Shown: positions 10,607 through 20,132, counted from the stretch's first letter. The stretch is DNA of 64,000 bases from Gammaproteobacteria bacterium (GCA_050287605.1 JBNKCG010000026.1:76123-140122); one strand, 5' to 3'. Notes: generated by a model from the letters alone, not told the origin. Numbers and translations: made by a program.

Positions 10607-12253
10607 TCAATGGGATTCGCTGAGCGGTCGGGTGGAACCCTCACGGATCTGCGCGGCAAATACCTCCTGCAGCGCCTGCACGTTGGGATCTTGGGCGACC
10701 GCCGCCTCCGCCTCGGCCTGGCGTTCGGCATTCTCGCGGGCACGCACCTGCGCCGGCGTGGCCTGCACGCCGGCACCGACGTCGATCTGTAACCGCAGCG
10801 CGGTGCCGAAATGGCTTTGCAGCGCCTCGGCCAGGCGTTTTTCCAATGAGTCGCTGCGCAGCTGTTCATGGGCCGGATCGAGCACCAAGCGTACCCGCCC
10901 GCCCTCGCGTCCGCCCCACGAGCAGTGCATGGCCAGCTCTTTGGCCATGCCGCCGACCCGCAGGTTGGCGACGACGCGCTGCCAATCGTCGTCGCCGGCC
11001 GGCTCAGCCGCCACGGGCGGCGGCATCGGCCGCTCGTCGTGGGCAGGCACCGGCGGCTGGGGGGGCGGTTCCGCCGCGGCCGCGGATCGTTGCGGTGCGC
11101 GAGCAGTGGGTGCTGCCGCCGTGGGAATCGTGCGCGGCGGCGCGTCGCTTGCGACCGGCTGCTCGCCGCTCTCCGGCCGAAAGGCCAGCATACGCAGCAA
11201 CACCATCTCGAACCCGCCGCGCGGTTCCGGCGACAGCGGCAAATCGCGCCGTCCGTTGAGAGCGATCTGGTAGAACAGCTGCACATCCTCCGCCGCGGCG
11301 CTTGCCGCCAGCGCCATCACCGCCTCGCGGTCGCCCAACGCGTCGTCAATAGCCGCCGGCACTACCTGCGCCAACGCCACCCGCTGCAGCACCGAGATCA
11401 CGTCGGCCAGCGCCGCGCCGAAATCGGGCGCTTGCATTGCCATGCGACCGATCTCTTCCATCAGCGCCTCGCCGTTGCCGGCGACCACCTGGCGCAGCAG
11501 CTCGAACACGTGGCGCTGATCGATGCTGCCGAGCATGGCGCGCACCTCGTCGTCGCGCAGCGCACCGCCACCGTGGGCGATGGCTTGGTCGAGCAGGCTG
11601 AGCGCATCGCGCATGCTGCCGTCGGCCGCGCGCGCCACGCGTATCGCCGCACCCGGGTCGGAGGTGATCCCCTCGCGTTCCAGGAGGGTTTGCAGGTACT
11701 CGGCAATCATCTCGGCGGGCAGCCGTTTGAGGCTGAATTGCAGACAACGCGACAGCACCGTCACCGGCACCTTCTGCGGATCGGTGGTGGCCAACAGGAA
11801 CTTCACGTGCGGCGGCGGCTCTTCCAGCGTCTTCAGCAACGCGTTGAAGCTGTGGGTGGAGAGCATGTGCACCTCGTCGATGAGGTAGACCTTGTAGCGC
11901 CCGCGCGTCGGGGCGTACTGCACGTTGTCCATCAGCTCGCGCGTGTCCTCCACCTTGGTGCGCGAGGCGGCGTCCACTTCGATCAGATCGATGAAGCGCC
12001 CCTCGTCCACCTCGCGGCAGGTGGCGCACTCCCCGCAGGGGCGTGAGCTCACCCCGCGTTCGCAATTGAGCGACTTGGCGAAGATGCGCGCCAGGGTGGT
12101 CTTGCCCACGCCGCGCGTGCCGGTGAACAAAAAAGCGTGGTGGATGCGATCGTTGTCCAGAGCGTTGACCAGCGCCTTGACCACGTGCTCCTGGCCCACC
12201 ATCTCGTCGAAGGTGCGGGGCCGCCACTTGCGTGCCAACACTTGATAGCTCAT
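10607..12253 (-). CDS. dnaX: DNA polymerase III subunit gamma/tau
   Basis: MSYQVLARKWRP, GTRGVGKTT, IDEVHML, LSRCLQF, Pro/Ala-rich linker, C-terminal tau domain. Confidence 0.98.
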   Translation of the reverse strand: MSYQVLARKWRPRTFDEMVGQEHVVKALVNALDNDRIHHAFLFTGTRGVGKTTLARIFAKSLNCERGVSSRPCGECATCREVDEGRFIDLIEVDAASRTKVEDTRELMDNVQYAPTRGRYKVYLIDEVHMLSTHSFNALLKTLEEPPPHVKFLLATTDPQKVPVTVLSRCLQFSLKRLPAEMIAEYLQTLLEREGITSDPGAAIRVARAADGSMRDALSLLDQAIAHGGGALRDDEVRAMLGSIDQRHVFELLRQVVAGNGEALMEEIGRMAMQAPDFGAALADVISVLQRVALAQVVPAAIDDALGDREAVMALAASAAAEDVQLFYQIALNGRRDLPLSPEPRGGFEMVLLRMLAFRPESGEQPVASDAPPRTIPTAAAPTARAPQRSAAAAEPPPQPPVPAHDERPMPPPVAAEPAGDDDWQRVVANLRVGGMAKELAMHCSWGGREGGRVRLVLDPAHEQLRSDSLEKRLAEALQSHFGTALRLQIDVGAGVQATPAQVRARENAERQAEAEAAVAQDPNVQALQEVFAAQIREGSTRPLSESH

Positions 12254-12327
12254 GGATCGCTCGGGGGTGTGGTCAAAAAGAGGGGCGATTATAGCGCACC
12301 TGCCGCGGCGCGACGGGCGGAAAGGGT

Positions 12328-12439
12328 GGCGGCCCATACCAGCCACACCCCGGCACACGAGGCCACTGCTGCCGCTGCTCCCTTCCGGGCCTGACGGGGT
12401 TCACAGTTTATCGTTGCGGGGGGACCGGCATGGTCCGCC
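12328..12439 (-). ncRNA. ffs: Signal recognition particle RNA (4.5S, small bacterial SRP)
   Basis: Reverse complement contains the conserved domain IV TCAGGCCCGGAAGGGAGCAGC; terminal stem GGCGGACCATGCC...GGTATGGGCCGCC; canonical position upstream of dnaX. Confidence 0.95.
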
Positions 12440-12478
12440 ATGGAACCGCGGGACCGGGAGCCCGGTCCGAGGGGGGCC

Positions 12479-12507
12479 TTTATACCCCAGCGCCTCACGA
12501 GTAACAA
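12479..12507 (-). promoter_or_regulatory. Sigma-70 promoter for ffs (TTGTTA-17-TATAAA)
   Basis: Minus strand ttgtta-ctcgtgaggcgctgggg-tataaa with 17-nt spacing, about 40 nt upstream of the mature SRP RNA. Confidence 0.7.
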
Positions 12508-12520
12508 GCGGGCTGGCACC

Positions 12521-13054
12521 TTACCGAGGAACGCGGACTTCGCGTTGACCCACCTCCCGGCCAATGCTGGGTGGCAACAGATCTTCAAGGAAAAAGGCCG
12601 ACAGCTCGGCACGCCCCGCGAGCCCCGACTTGCGGTAGATCTCCACGGCTTGCTGCCGCACCGTGCTCTGGCTTAGACCGGTGACCGCTGCAACCTCCTT
12701 GTGGCTCATCCCCTTGATCAGCAGCATAGCGGTTGTGCGTTCGCCCCCATTGAGTTCCCAGGCGGACAGCTGCTCGTCAATGGCCCGCGCCAAGCCTTCC
12801 ATGTACACCTGAGCGCGCTGCACATTGGCGCGCATGCGCGCAACCGACCGTTGGGAGTAGTACCAGCCGACGCCCAGGTAGAGCGCCGTGATCAAACACA
12901 GCAGCAAAAAGACCACCTCGGCGACCAAGTGAAGGTTGGGCGCGCGGATAGCTATGTCGAATACCAAGTCCAGCAAGCCGACAAGGGTAATGGCGAGCGA
13001 CAGGATTGCCAGCCAGAGCATTACCCGCCGGGTTCTCGCGATCTTGGTCATCAT
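12521..13054 (-). CDS. Membrane-anchored LuxR-family transcriptional regulator (2 TM helices + HTH)
   Basis: Two hydrophobic helices (VMLWLAILSLAITLVGLL; LVAEVVFLLLCLITALYLGVGW) followed by a LuxR HTH (LNGGERTTAMLLIKGMSHKEVAAVTGLSQSTVRQQAVEIYRKSGLAGRAEL). Confidence 0.85.
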   Translation of the reverse strand: MMTKIARTRRVMLWLAILSLAITLVGLLDLVFDIAIRAPNLHLVAEVVFLLLCLITALYLGVGWYYSQRSVARMRANVQRAQVYMEGLARAIDEQLSAWELNGGERTTAMLLIKGMSHKEVAAVTGLSQSTVRQQAVEIYRKSGLAGRAELSAFFLEDLLPPSIGREVGQREVRVPR

Positions 13055-13201
13055 CGGCTGCTCCCCCCACGATCACAGCGTCAGCAAGCGCCCACCGCGT
13101 GTCCCGGCGGAATCGGAGAAAGCTCAGGCCCAAGTCCCCGATAGCTCGAACCTTGATCCTGACCGCGTCACTGCGACAGGCAGTGCGGATGGCAACGCAC
13201 C

Positions 13202-13250
13202 GAACATCTGTTCGTTCCCCGGCAAATGAACATCTGTTCGTTCCCCGGCA
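13202..13250. repeat. Perfect 23-bp tandem direct repeat GAACATCTGTTCGTTCCCCGGCA x2, each starting with the palindrome GAACA-TC-TGTTC
   Basis: Copies at 13202-13224 and 13228-13250 (26-bp period), in the divergent intergenic region. Confidence 0.95.
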
Positions 13251-13384
13251 GTCGCCCCCGTTGATACAAGGTTCCAGTCACCCGCCGCACGGGTGACGTA
13301 CCAAACCATAACACAAGCACGAACGGCCAGGCACAAGCCCGGACCGCAAGGCAAAACACATATCAATCCTTAAGGAGGGGACCC

Positions 13385-14797
13385 ATGAACCGAACCACGG
13401 TATCACTGGTGTTGCTGGGGGCAATGCTGTTCGCCCTCGGCCTCGCCTGGCTGTTCAACGGTCAGGGGGTGGTCCGCAACGATCACGCCCGGCACATCCA
13501 CATCCCGGATCCGCTGCTCATACCGCTGCAGGTGCGCGCCGCCTACAACGGCGAGCGTATCTTCTTCCAGTACCGCTGGCCGTCGCAGCGGCCCGGCATC
13601 CACAACGACGTCTACAAATACGAAGGCGGCAAGTGGGTGAAGTACGGTGAATCGCAGCCCGGCCCGCAGGCGCACGTATTCCTCGAGGACCGGGTGGCCA
13701 TGATGGTCGACGACGGACATGTCCCCGAATTCGGTCACTACGGAGGTTACGTCGCCATCGGCAGCGGCCTGGACACCTTCACGCAGGCGGCTGAATCGCC
13801 GCAGGTGAAGGCCCACGACTACTTGGGCAAGGTCATGGGGCAGGCTGTGGTCACCAAGTACTTACCGCAAACCCGCCAGCGTCCGGAGGACTGGACCACG
13901 GTGGTCGACGAGCAGCGCCTGACGGCGCTGCGCAAGGCCGGGTACTTCCTCGATCTCTGGCACTGGCGCGCCCACCGCTCGAACGCGCTCGGCTACTCCG
14001 ACGATCAGAACATCGCGGAGCTGCGCGGCGGCGATCCGGGCAAAAACGGCTGGTCGACCAACTGGGACAAGGAGAAGAACCAGCCCAAGTACATGTTCGA
14101 TCCGCAGCGCACCGGCCGCTTCGCCAACAGCTGGGACGATCTGAGCAGCGGGCGCGTGGGGCAGGACGACTACTACTACCTGTCGGACGAGACCAAGGTG
14201 CCATTCGATCCCAACCACGCCTGGAAGGAGGGTGACGTCTTGCCGCTGCGGGTGTTGCGACCCTACGAAGGGTCGATGGCCGACATCCGCACCGTCGGCC
14301 GCGGCCGCTGGCGGGACGGGTACTGGGAAGTCACGCTGTCGCGCCTCATGGATACCGGCGACCCGCTGCACGACAAATCGTTCGAGGAGGGGCACGTCTA
14401 CAACCTCGCGCTCGCCGTGCATCGCAACGCCACCGGGCAGCGCTGGCACTACGTCTCCCTGCCGCTGACCATCGGCCTGGGTCTCGACGGCGACTTCCGC
14501 GCCGAACGTTTCACCGGCGACCAACCGCCATGGAGCCAGAACTGGCATACGGTGAAACTGTTCTACCCCGGCCAGGTCAACTGGCCCCTGCTCACCAGCA
14601 ACCGGCATCCCGGCAAACCGATGATCGACCGCGGCATCCCGGTCCGGCACTACCACAAGGAAGAGCAGCTCGCCCGCTACGGTATCGAAGTGGAATTCCT
14701 TCCCGAGATACAGCGGCAGTGGCGCATGACCCTGGTCACCGGGGTGCTCCTATTTGCCGGCATCGGCTTCGGCCTGCTCCGTCTGCAAACTCGCTAA
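13385..14797 (+). CDS. Ethylbenzene-dehydrogenase-gamma-like (EB_dh / DOMON-like heme b) protein, membrane-anchored at both ends
   Basis: LQVRAAYNGERIFFQYRW, EDRVAMM, DLWHWRAHRS, WEVTLSRLMDTG, YNLALAVH pattern; N- and C-terminal hydrophobic helices; strong RBS AAGGAGGGG. Confidence 0.75.
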   Translation: MNRTTVSLVLLGAMLFALGLAWLFNGQGVVRNDHARHIHIPDPLLIPLQVRAAYNGERIFFQYRWPSQRPGIHNDVYKYEGGKWVKYGESQPGPQAHVFLEDRVAMMVDDGHVPEFGHYGGYVAIGSGLDTFTQAAESPQVKAHDYLGKVMGQAVVTKYLPQTRQRPEDWTTVVDEQRLTALRKAGYFLDLWHWRAHRSNALGYSDDQNIAELRGGDPGKNGWSTNWDKEKNQPKYMFDPQRTGRFANSWDDLSSGRVGQDDYYYLSDETKVPFDPNHAWKEGDVLPLRVLRPYEGSMADIRTVGRGRWRDGYWEVTLSRLMDTGDPLHDKSFEEGHVYNLALAVHRNATGQRWHYVSLPLTIGLGLDGDFRAERFTGDQPPWSQNWHTVKLFYPGQVNWPLLTSNRHPGKPMIDRGIPVRHYHKEEQLARYGIEVEFLPEIQRQWRMTLVTGVLLFAGIGFGLLRLQTR

Positions 14798-14812
14798 CCG
14801 GAGGATTACGAC

Positions 14813-15427
14813 ATGGCACCGATTCATCACATCATGGCGCACTTCCCGATCGCGCTACTGAGTCTGGCTTTTCTTCTGATCCTGCTGCGTTCCCTGAACG
14901 TCGGTGATCTGGGCCGCCGCTTGGAATCCGCAGTCCTGATGTACCTTCTCGCACTGGGCATCGCCGGCGGCATCGCGGCCCTTATCACCGGTTTGCTCAT
15001 CTGGCCGCTGGATGCCACGCTGTCCTCGACTATGGGGCGCAACAAACTGCTGATGGCGACCTGGACGCTGTCCGTCTGGTCGCTCATCCTGCTACTTCGG
15101 TGGCGTGTAGGCGAGGCGATCTGGGCGGGGCAAAGCCGCTTCCTGCTACTCGGTTTAGGCGTGTTCGGCGCCATTCTCTTGGCCACAACCGGCACCCTGG
15201 GCGGCCACCTGCTGGGCTCGCCATCCCGCTTCTCGGGACTGCTGCACCAGTTCGGTTGGAGCGTCTACCAAACCTACTACGTGCCCACCTGGGTGCTGTG
15301 GATCATGATCGCAGCAAGCGGATCCGGGGTCGTCGCCGGGATGCTGGCCGGCGCAAACCGTGGTGTAGCGGTCCCAACTGCTGCGCGGAGCACGCTCGTG
15401 ACGCCCGAGGAACCCGCCGCGACGTAA
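14813..15427 (+). CDS. DUF2231-like membrane protein
   Basis: N-terminal HHIMAHFPIALL and TGTLGGHLL motifs; several TM helices; RBS GGAGGA. Confidence 0.65.
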   Translation: MAPIHHIMAHFPIALLSLAFLLILLRSLNVGDLGRRLESAVLMYLLALGIAGGIAALITGLLIWPLDATLSSTMGRNKLLMATWTLSVWSLILLLRWRVGEAIWAGQSRFLLLGLGVFGAILLATTGTLGGHLLGSPSRFSGLLHQFGWSVYQTYYVPTWVLWIMIAASGSGVVAGMLAGANRGVAVPTAARSTLVTPEEPAAT

Positions 15428-15770
15428 GCGACGGCGCGGCACCCGTCGCAGCCGCCGTTCGCAACCCGTCGATATCGTCCTGTTCCGGGAGGGCGGCAGA
15501 CAGCCACCCTCCCGGGACCCGTACCGAACGACGTGCGGGAGCACGCCGGCTGAGCGAATTCCCACCCCTGAAACCGCAGGACCGCTTCTTCCTCGGAACA
15601 CCGCCCTCGTGAACACTATGCACAGAATGGCCACAACGCCCGATAAAGCCCTTATGGGTAGAAACTGGCCAGCCCGCCAACACCCGTCTAGGCTTGGGCC
15701 ATCGCGTCGCCTGCACAAAACCAAATTCAACGCGCCGATACGTTATCCACGTCACTGAGGAGGACGATCC

Positions 15771-16748
15771 ATGAAAAAGCTCTACACCGCCGCTGCGGCG
15801 GTCGCGCTGTTGGCAGCCGCCGGCACCACCCAGGCCTTCGAACCCAGCAAACCCGAATGCATCGCTCCCGCCAATCCCGGCGGCGGGTGGGACTTCACCT
15901 GCCGCCAGTTCGGCAAAGTGGCGTTCGACCTGAAACAGACCCCCGGCCCGCTCCAGGTCACCAACAAAGCGGGCGGTGGAGGAGGCGTCGCTTTCGCGGA
16001 GGTGGTGAGCAAGCGCAACGCCGACAACGATCTGATCGTGGCGGCATCCACCGCCACCACCACCCGCCTCGCGCAGGGTTTGTATGCCGGCTTCAATGCC
16101 GATCAGGTGCGCTGGCTGGGTGCGCTGGGCGCCGACTACGGTGTCATTGCGGTCGCCAAGAACAGCCCCTACAACACGCTGGGCGAGCTAATGGCCGCCG
16201 TTCGCTCCGATCCCCGCTCCATCGGCTTCGCCGGCGGCAGCGCGGTAGGCGGCTGGGATCACCTCAAGGTACTGATCACGGCGCGAGCCGCGGGCATCCA
16301 GGACGTGCGCCAGATCAAGTACGTCGCCTTCCAGGGCGGCGGCGAGGCGGTGACCCAACTGGTGGGCGGCCACGTCAAGGCCTTCTCCGGTGACGTCTCC
16401 GAAGCACTGGGCTTCATGGTGTCGGGCGATCTGCGGGTCCTCGCGATACTCTCGCCCGAACGGCTTCCCGGACCGCTGGCCAACATCCCCACCGCCAGGG
16501 AGCAGGGCATCGACGCGCTGGGCGCCAACTGGCGCGGTTTCTACGCGCCGGGCGGCACCTCCGACGACGCCTACAACTACTGGTCGCAGATGATCCAAAC
16601 GGTCTACGCCTCTCAAGAGTGGAAGCAGGCGATGACCGACAACGGCCTGATGCCGTTCCGCATGACCGGTCCTCAGCTGACCGAGTTCGTGACCAAGCAG
16701 GTGGCGGACATCAAGGCGATCTCCAAGGATATCGGCTTGATCAAATGA
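15771..16748 (+). CDS. tctC: Tripartite tricarboxylate transporter substrate-binding protein
   Basis: Signal peptide; PANPGGGWDFTCR, GGGGG, QGGGEAVTQLVGGHV. Confidence 0.92.
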   Translation: MKKLYTAAAAVALLAAAGTTQAFEPSKPECIAPANPGGGWDFTCRQFGKVAFDLKQTPGPLQVTNKAGGGGGVAFAEVVSKRNADNDLIVAASTATTTRLAQGLYAGFNADQVRWLGALGADYGVIAVAKNSPYNTLGELMAAVRSDPRSIGFAGGSAVGGWDHLKVLITARAAGIQDVRQIKYVAFQGGGEAVTQLVGGHVKAFSGDVSEALGFMVSGDLRVLAILSPERLPGPLANIPTAREQGIDALGANWRGFYAPGGTSDDAYNYWSQMIQTVYASQEWKQAMTDNGLMPFRMTGPQLTEFVTKQVADIKAISKDIGLIK

Positions 16749-17182
16749 GGGTCTCGGACCGCCTGCTCGGTGCGGTCGGCCTGACTTTGGGTGTGGCGCT
16801 CGTGTGGGGCGCCACACTCATCGAGGTCGGCTTCATCGTCGACCCGCTGGGACCGAAGAGCTTCCCCACCATCATCGGCGGCGTGCTGATCGTCAGCTCG
16901 CTGTTCGTCCTGCTGATGCCCGACCCGGAACCGGAATGGCCCCGGCTGACGCGCATGCTGGAGGTGGTGGGCGCTATCGCGGTAATGGTCGGCTACGCGC
17001 TGGCGCTGGAGCCCGTCGGGTTCGTGCTCTCCACCGCCGTGGCGGCCGCGCTGCTGAGCTGGCGGCTGGGCAGTACGCTGCTGATGGCTGCCACTACCGG
17101 TATCGGCATTGCGGCGGGCATCTACGTCCTGTTCCATCTCGTGCTCGGCCTGTCGCTGGCGAAGGGGCCGTGGGGGTTTTGA
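16745..17182 (+). CDS. tctB: Tripartite tricarboxylate transporter small membrane subunit
   Basis: ATGA overlap with the tctC stop; DPLGPKSFP motif; about 4 TM helices. Confidence 0.88.
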   Translation: MRVSDRLLGAVGLTLGVALVWGATLIEVGFIVDPLGPKSFPTIIGGVLIVSSLFVLLMPDPEPEWPRLTRMLEVVGAIAVMVGYALALEPVGFVLSTAVAAALLSWRLGSTLLMAATTGIGIAAGIYVLFHLVLGLSLAKGPWGF

Positions 17183-17185
17183 GCC

Positions 17186-18712
17186 ATGGACATCTTTAGT
17201 TCACTCGCGCAGGGCTTCGACGTCGCCCTGACTTGGCAGAACATCGGGCTGGCCTTCCTCGGCTGCCTGCTGGGCACCATCATCGGGGCCATGCCGGGGC
17301 TGGGTCCCTCCAACGGCGTGGCGATACTCATCCCGCTGGCGTTCACCCTTGGCCTACCGGCGACGCCGGCGCTGATCCTGCTCACCAGCGTCTACTTCGG
17401 CGCCATGTACGGCGGTCGCATCTCCAGCATTCTGATCAACATCCCCGGCGACGAGCCGGCATTGATGTCGACCCTGGACGGCTACCCCATGGCCAAACAG
17501 GGGCGCGCCGGCGAAGCGCTGGCGCTCTCCGGCCTCGCCTCCTTCGTGGGTAGCTTTCTCGCCACCATCGGCGTGGCGCTGTTCGCCCCGCTACTGGTGC
17601 AGCTCGCGCTGCTGTTCGGACCGGCGGAGTACTTCGCTCTCTTCACTCTGGCCTTCGCCACCATCGGCGGGGTCTCCAGCGCCAATCAGGCGAAGTCGGC
17701 CATGGCCGCCGCGCTGGGGCTGGGGATCGCCATGATTGGCATCGACGGCTCCACCGGCGCCCAGCGCTACACCTTCGGTCAGATCCACCTGCTGGACGGC
17801 ATCGATTTCCTGGTGGCCATCGTCGGGCTGTTCGCCATCTCCGAGGTGTTCCTGTTCATGGAGCACAAGGGCGAGGGCTCGCCGGTGGGCAACAAGCTGG
17901 ATCGGGTCACCATCCCCTGGAACACCCTCAAGCGCTGCATCGGTTCCATGCTGCGCGGCAGCGGGATCGGCTTCGTGGCCGGCGTGCTGCCGGGCGCCGG
18001 CGCCTCGCTGGGCAGTTTCGTCGCCTACACCGTGGAGAAACGCGTCAGCGACCGGGAGCAGACCTTTGGCAAGGGCGACCCGCGTGGACTGGCCGCCCCC
18101 GAAGCCGGCAACAACGCCTCGGCGGGTGGCGCGCTGATCCCCATGCTCTCCCTGGGCGTGCCCGGTTCGGGCACCACCGCGGTCCTGCTCGCCATGCTGC
18201 TGACCCTAAACATCACCCCCGGGCCGCTGCTGTTCACGCAGAATCCGGACGTGGTGTGGGGTCTGATCGCCGCGCTGTTCATCGCCAACATCATGCTGCT
18301 GCTGATGAACATGCCGCTGGTGGGGCTGTTCGTCCGCGTGCTCCAGGTGCCGTCGCGAGTACTGATACCGACGGTGGCGATGGTGAGCTTCGTCGGCATC
18401 TACGGCATTTCGGGCAGCGCCTTCGATCTGTTGGTGATGATCGGTTTCGGCGTGGTGGGTTATCTGCTGCGCAAATTGGATGTACCGCTGGTGCCCGTCA
18501 TCCTCGGGACCCTGCTGGGCAACCAGATGGAGGACAACCTGCGCCGGGCGCTCACCATCTCCGACGGCGACTGGTTTGCCCTGTGGAGCAGTCCCCTGGC
18601 GCTGGGGCTGTGGGCCTTCGCCATCGCCGGCTTCGTGGCGCCCATGATCCTGGGCCACGTGGTGCGGCGCAAGATGAGCGTCGGGGTGCGCGAGATGAGC
18701 GACTCCGATTAG
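17186..18712 (+). CDS. tctA: Tripartite tricarboxylate transporter large permease
   Basis: GTIIGAMPGLGP, YGGRISSILINIPG, GLAAPEAGNNA, LGVPGSGTTAVLL. Confidence 0.95.
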   Translation: MDIFSSLAQGFDVALTWQNIGLAFLGCLLGTIIGAMPGLGPSNGVAILIPLAFTLGLPATPALILLTSVYFGAMYGGRISSILINIPGDEPALMSTLDGYPMAKQGRAGEALALSGLASFVGSFLATIGVALFAPLLVQLALLFGPAEYFALFTLAFATIGGVSSANQAKSAMAAALGLGIAMIGIDGSTGAQRYTFGQIHLLDGIDFLVAIVGLFAISEVFLFMEHKGEGSPVGNKLDRVTIPWNTLKRCIGSMLRGSGIGFVAGVLPGAGASLGSFVAYTVEKRVSDREQTFGKGDPRGLAAPEAGNNASAGGALIPMLSLGVPGSGTTAVLLAMLLTLNITPGPLLFTQNPDVVWGLIAALFIANIMLLLMNMPLVGLFVRVLQVPSRVLIPTVAMVSFVGIYGISGSAFDLLVMIGFGVVGYLLRKLDVPLVPVILGTLLGNQMEDNLRRALTISDGDWFALWSSPLALGLWAFAIAGFVAPMILGHVVRRKMSVGVREMSDSD

Positions 18713-19941
18713 CCGCGGCGCGGCGCACGCACGGCAACGGCCAACAGCGCCGCGCTGCCCAGCATCGCGGCGAAGATCCAGTACGCCAAGTCGTAGCTGC
18801 GCAACAGATCCTTGACGTAACCGCCCAGCAGGATGCCGGTGATGCCCGAGGCGCCGAAGGCGGTACCCACCATACCGTAGTTCACCCCCAGGTGACGCAG
18901 CCCGTAGAAGTCGGCCATCATCGCCGGCAACAGGGGGAAAAAGGCGCCGTAGAGCAGACCGGCCAGCGCAAACGCCCCCAGCAACTGCGGCTGCGTGCTG
19001 TAAAGCGACAGGCAGCCCACGTTAACGCCCTGCAACAGAAACACCGCCACCAGCGTGCGCCGACGGCCGATCCAATCCGAGACGTAACCGCCCAAGACAC
19101 GCCCGCAGGTACTGAACAGCGCGATGACCATTGGCGCCAGCACCGGGTTGAAAGTCTGCTGCTCCGGCACGCTCAGTATCTGCACGGCGTTGGCGATGAT
19201 CATCAGGCCCGGCGCCGCAGACAACACGAACATCACCCAGATCGCGTAGAACTGGGGCGTCATCAGCACCTCGCGCCAATCCCGTTCGCCGGATGCGACC
19301 GGCGTCGGGGCGGCGGATGTCTGCGCCCGCACCCCGGGAGGGCCGGGCGGCCGATACCCGTCGGGTGGATTGCGCAACACCATTCCCAGCAGCGCCACCA
19401 ACACGATGGTACCCACGCCCAACACGCGGAAGGTCCCCGCGATACCCAGCGCGCTCAGCAGGTAGCTAGTGAGCGGCGAGATGAACACCGCGGCCAAACC
19501 CACCCCCGCCACCACGATGCCCGCCACCAGCCCCTTGCGTTGCGGCGGAAACCACTTCAGCGCAGCCGGCACCGTGCCGGAATAGCCCACTGCGATGCCG
19601 CAGCCGCCCATCACGCCGTAGGTGAGGGCGATGGCCTGCGGGTCCTGGGAGAGCGATGAGATCAGCATGGCGCAGCCGAGCAGCAAGCCACCCGCCACGG
19701 CGACCACCCGGGGACCGTAGCTGTCCTGCACCCGGCCGGCGACGATCATGGTCAGCGAAAAACTCACGGTGGCGATGGCAAACGGCAGGCCGGCTTGCGC
19801 CTGGGTCCAGCCCCACTCCCGCGCAATCGCCTTGCCGATGACGCTCCACGAATACCACGACCCCAGTACGACGTTGATGGCCGCACCCGTAAAGACAATC
19901 CTCCAGCCGTACCACGGATAAAGCCGCTCTTGGGCACCCAT
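18709..19941 (-). CDS. OFA (oxalate/formate antiporter)-family MFS transporter
   Basis: GRVQDSYGPR, LKWFPPQRKGLVAGIVVAGVG, GRVLGGYVSDWIGRR, DFYGLRHLGVNYG; about 12 TM helices. Confidence 0.85.
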   Translation of the reverse strand: MGAQERLYPWYGWRIVFTGAAINVVLGSWYSWSVIGKAIAREWGWTQAQAGLPFAIATVSFSLTMIVAGRVQDSYGPRVVAVAGGLLLGCAMLISSLSQDPQAIALTYGVMGGCGIAVGYSGTVPAALKWFPPQRKGLVAGIVVAGVGLAAVFISPLTSYLLSALGIAGTFRVLGVGTIVLVALLGMVLRNPPDGYRPPGPPGVRAQTSAAPTPVASGERDWREVLMTPQFYAIWVMFVLSAAPGLMIIANAVQILSVPEQQTFNPVLAPMVIALFSTCGRVLGGYVSDWIGRRRTLVAVFLLQGVNVGCLSLYSTQPQLLGAFALAGLLYGAFFPLLPAMMADFYGLRHLGVNYGMVGTAFGASGITGILLGGYVKDLLRSYDLAYWIFAAMLGSAALLAVAVRAPRRG

Positions 19942-20132
19942 CCTCCCCTCCTATCTCCACACCCTGCGCCAATGCCGCAAGCCGCGCCTTCAGTCCACCT
20001 TGGCATCGCAGGATGCACTTAGTCAACGAATGCACTGTGCTACGTTTTGAAGTAGTAACCGCAACCCTGATCCGCCTCAGCCTCCCATTCAATTGACCGC
20101 GTAGTCCACCTGTACCCGGAAACTCCCCAACC

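Noticed and set aside
10607-12253. Programmed -1 frameshift in dnaX (gamma/tau)
   Set aside because: No A-AAA-AAG site after domain III was seen; the only slippery-like run (T-TTT-TTG near 12128-12134) is in the extreme N-terminal region.
12440-12540. attL copy of the tRNA-Ser 3' end at the ffs side of the accessory block
   Set aside because: No TGGCGGAGAGGG match in the correct orientation; TCCGCCA at 12434-12440 is the ffs 5' end on the opposite sense.
13201-13240. CGAAC-ATCT-GTTCG resembles a Gram-positive LexA (Cheo) box
   Set aside because: The host appears gammaproteobacterial (LexA box CTGT-N8-ACAG) and the flanking genes are not SOS genes; the adjacent LuxR regulator is the simpler explanation.
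15485-15515. Hairpin CCGGGAGGG..CCCTCCCGG after the DUF2231 gene, and a similar one at 55595-55621, as terminators
   Set aside because: No U-tract on either strand; possibly stabilising stems but not callable as intrinsic terminators.
19991-20007. TGGCATCGCAGGATGC as a sigma-54 promoter near pncA; a similar case upstream of sqr
   Set aside because: GG-to-GC spacing is off by one base, which sigma-54 does not tolerate.
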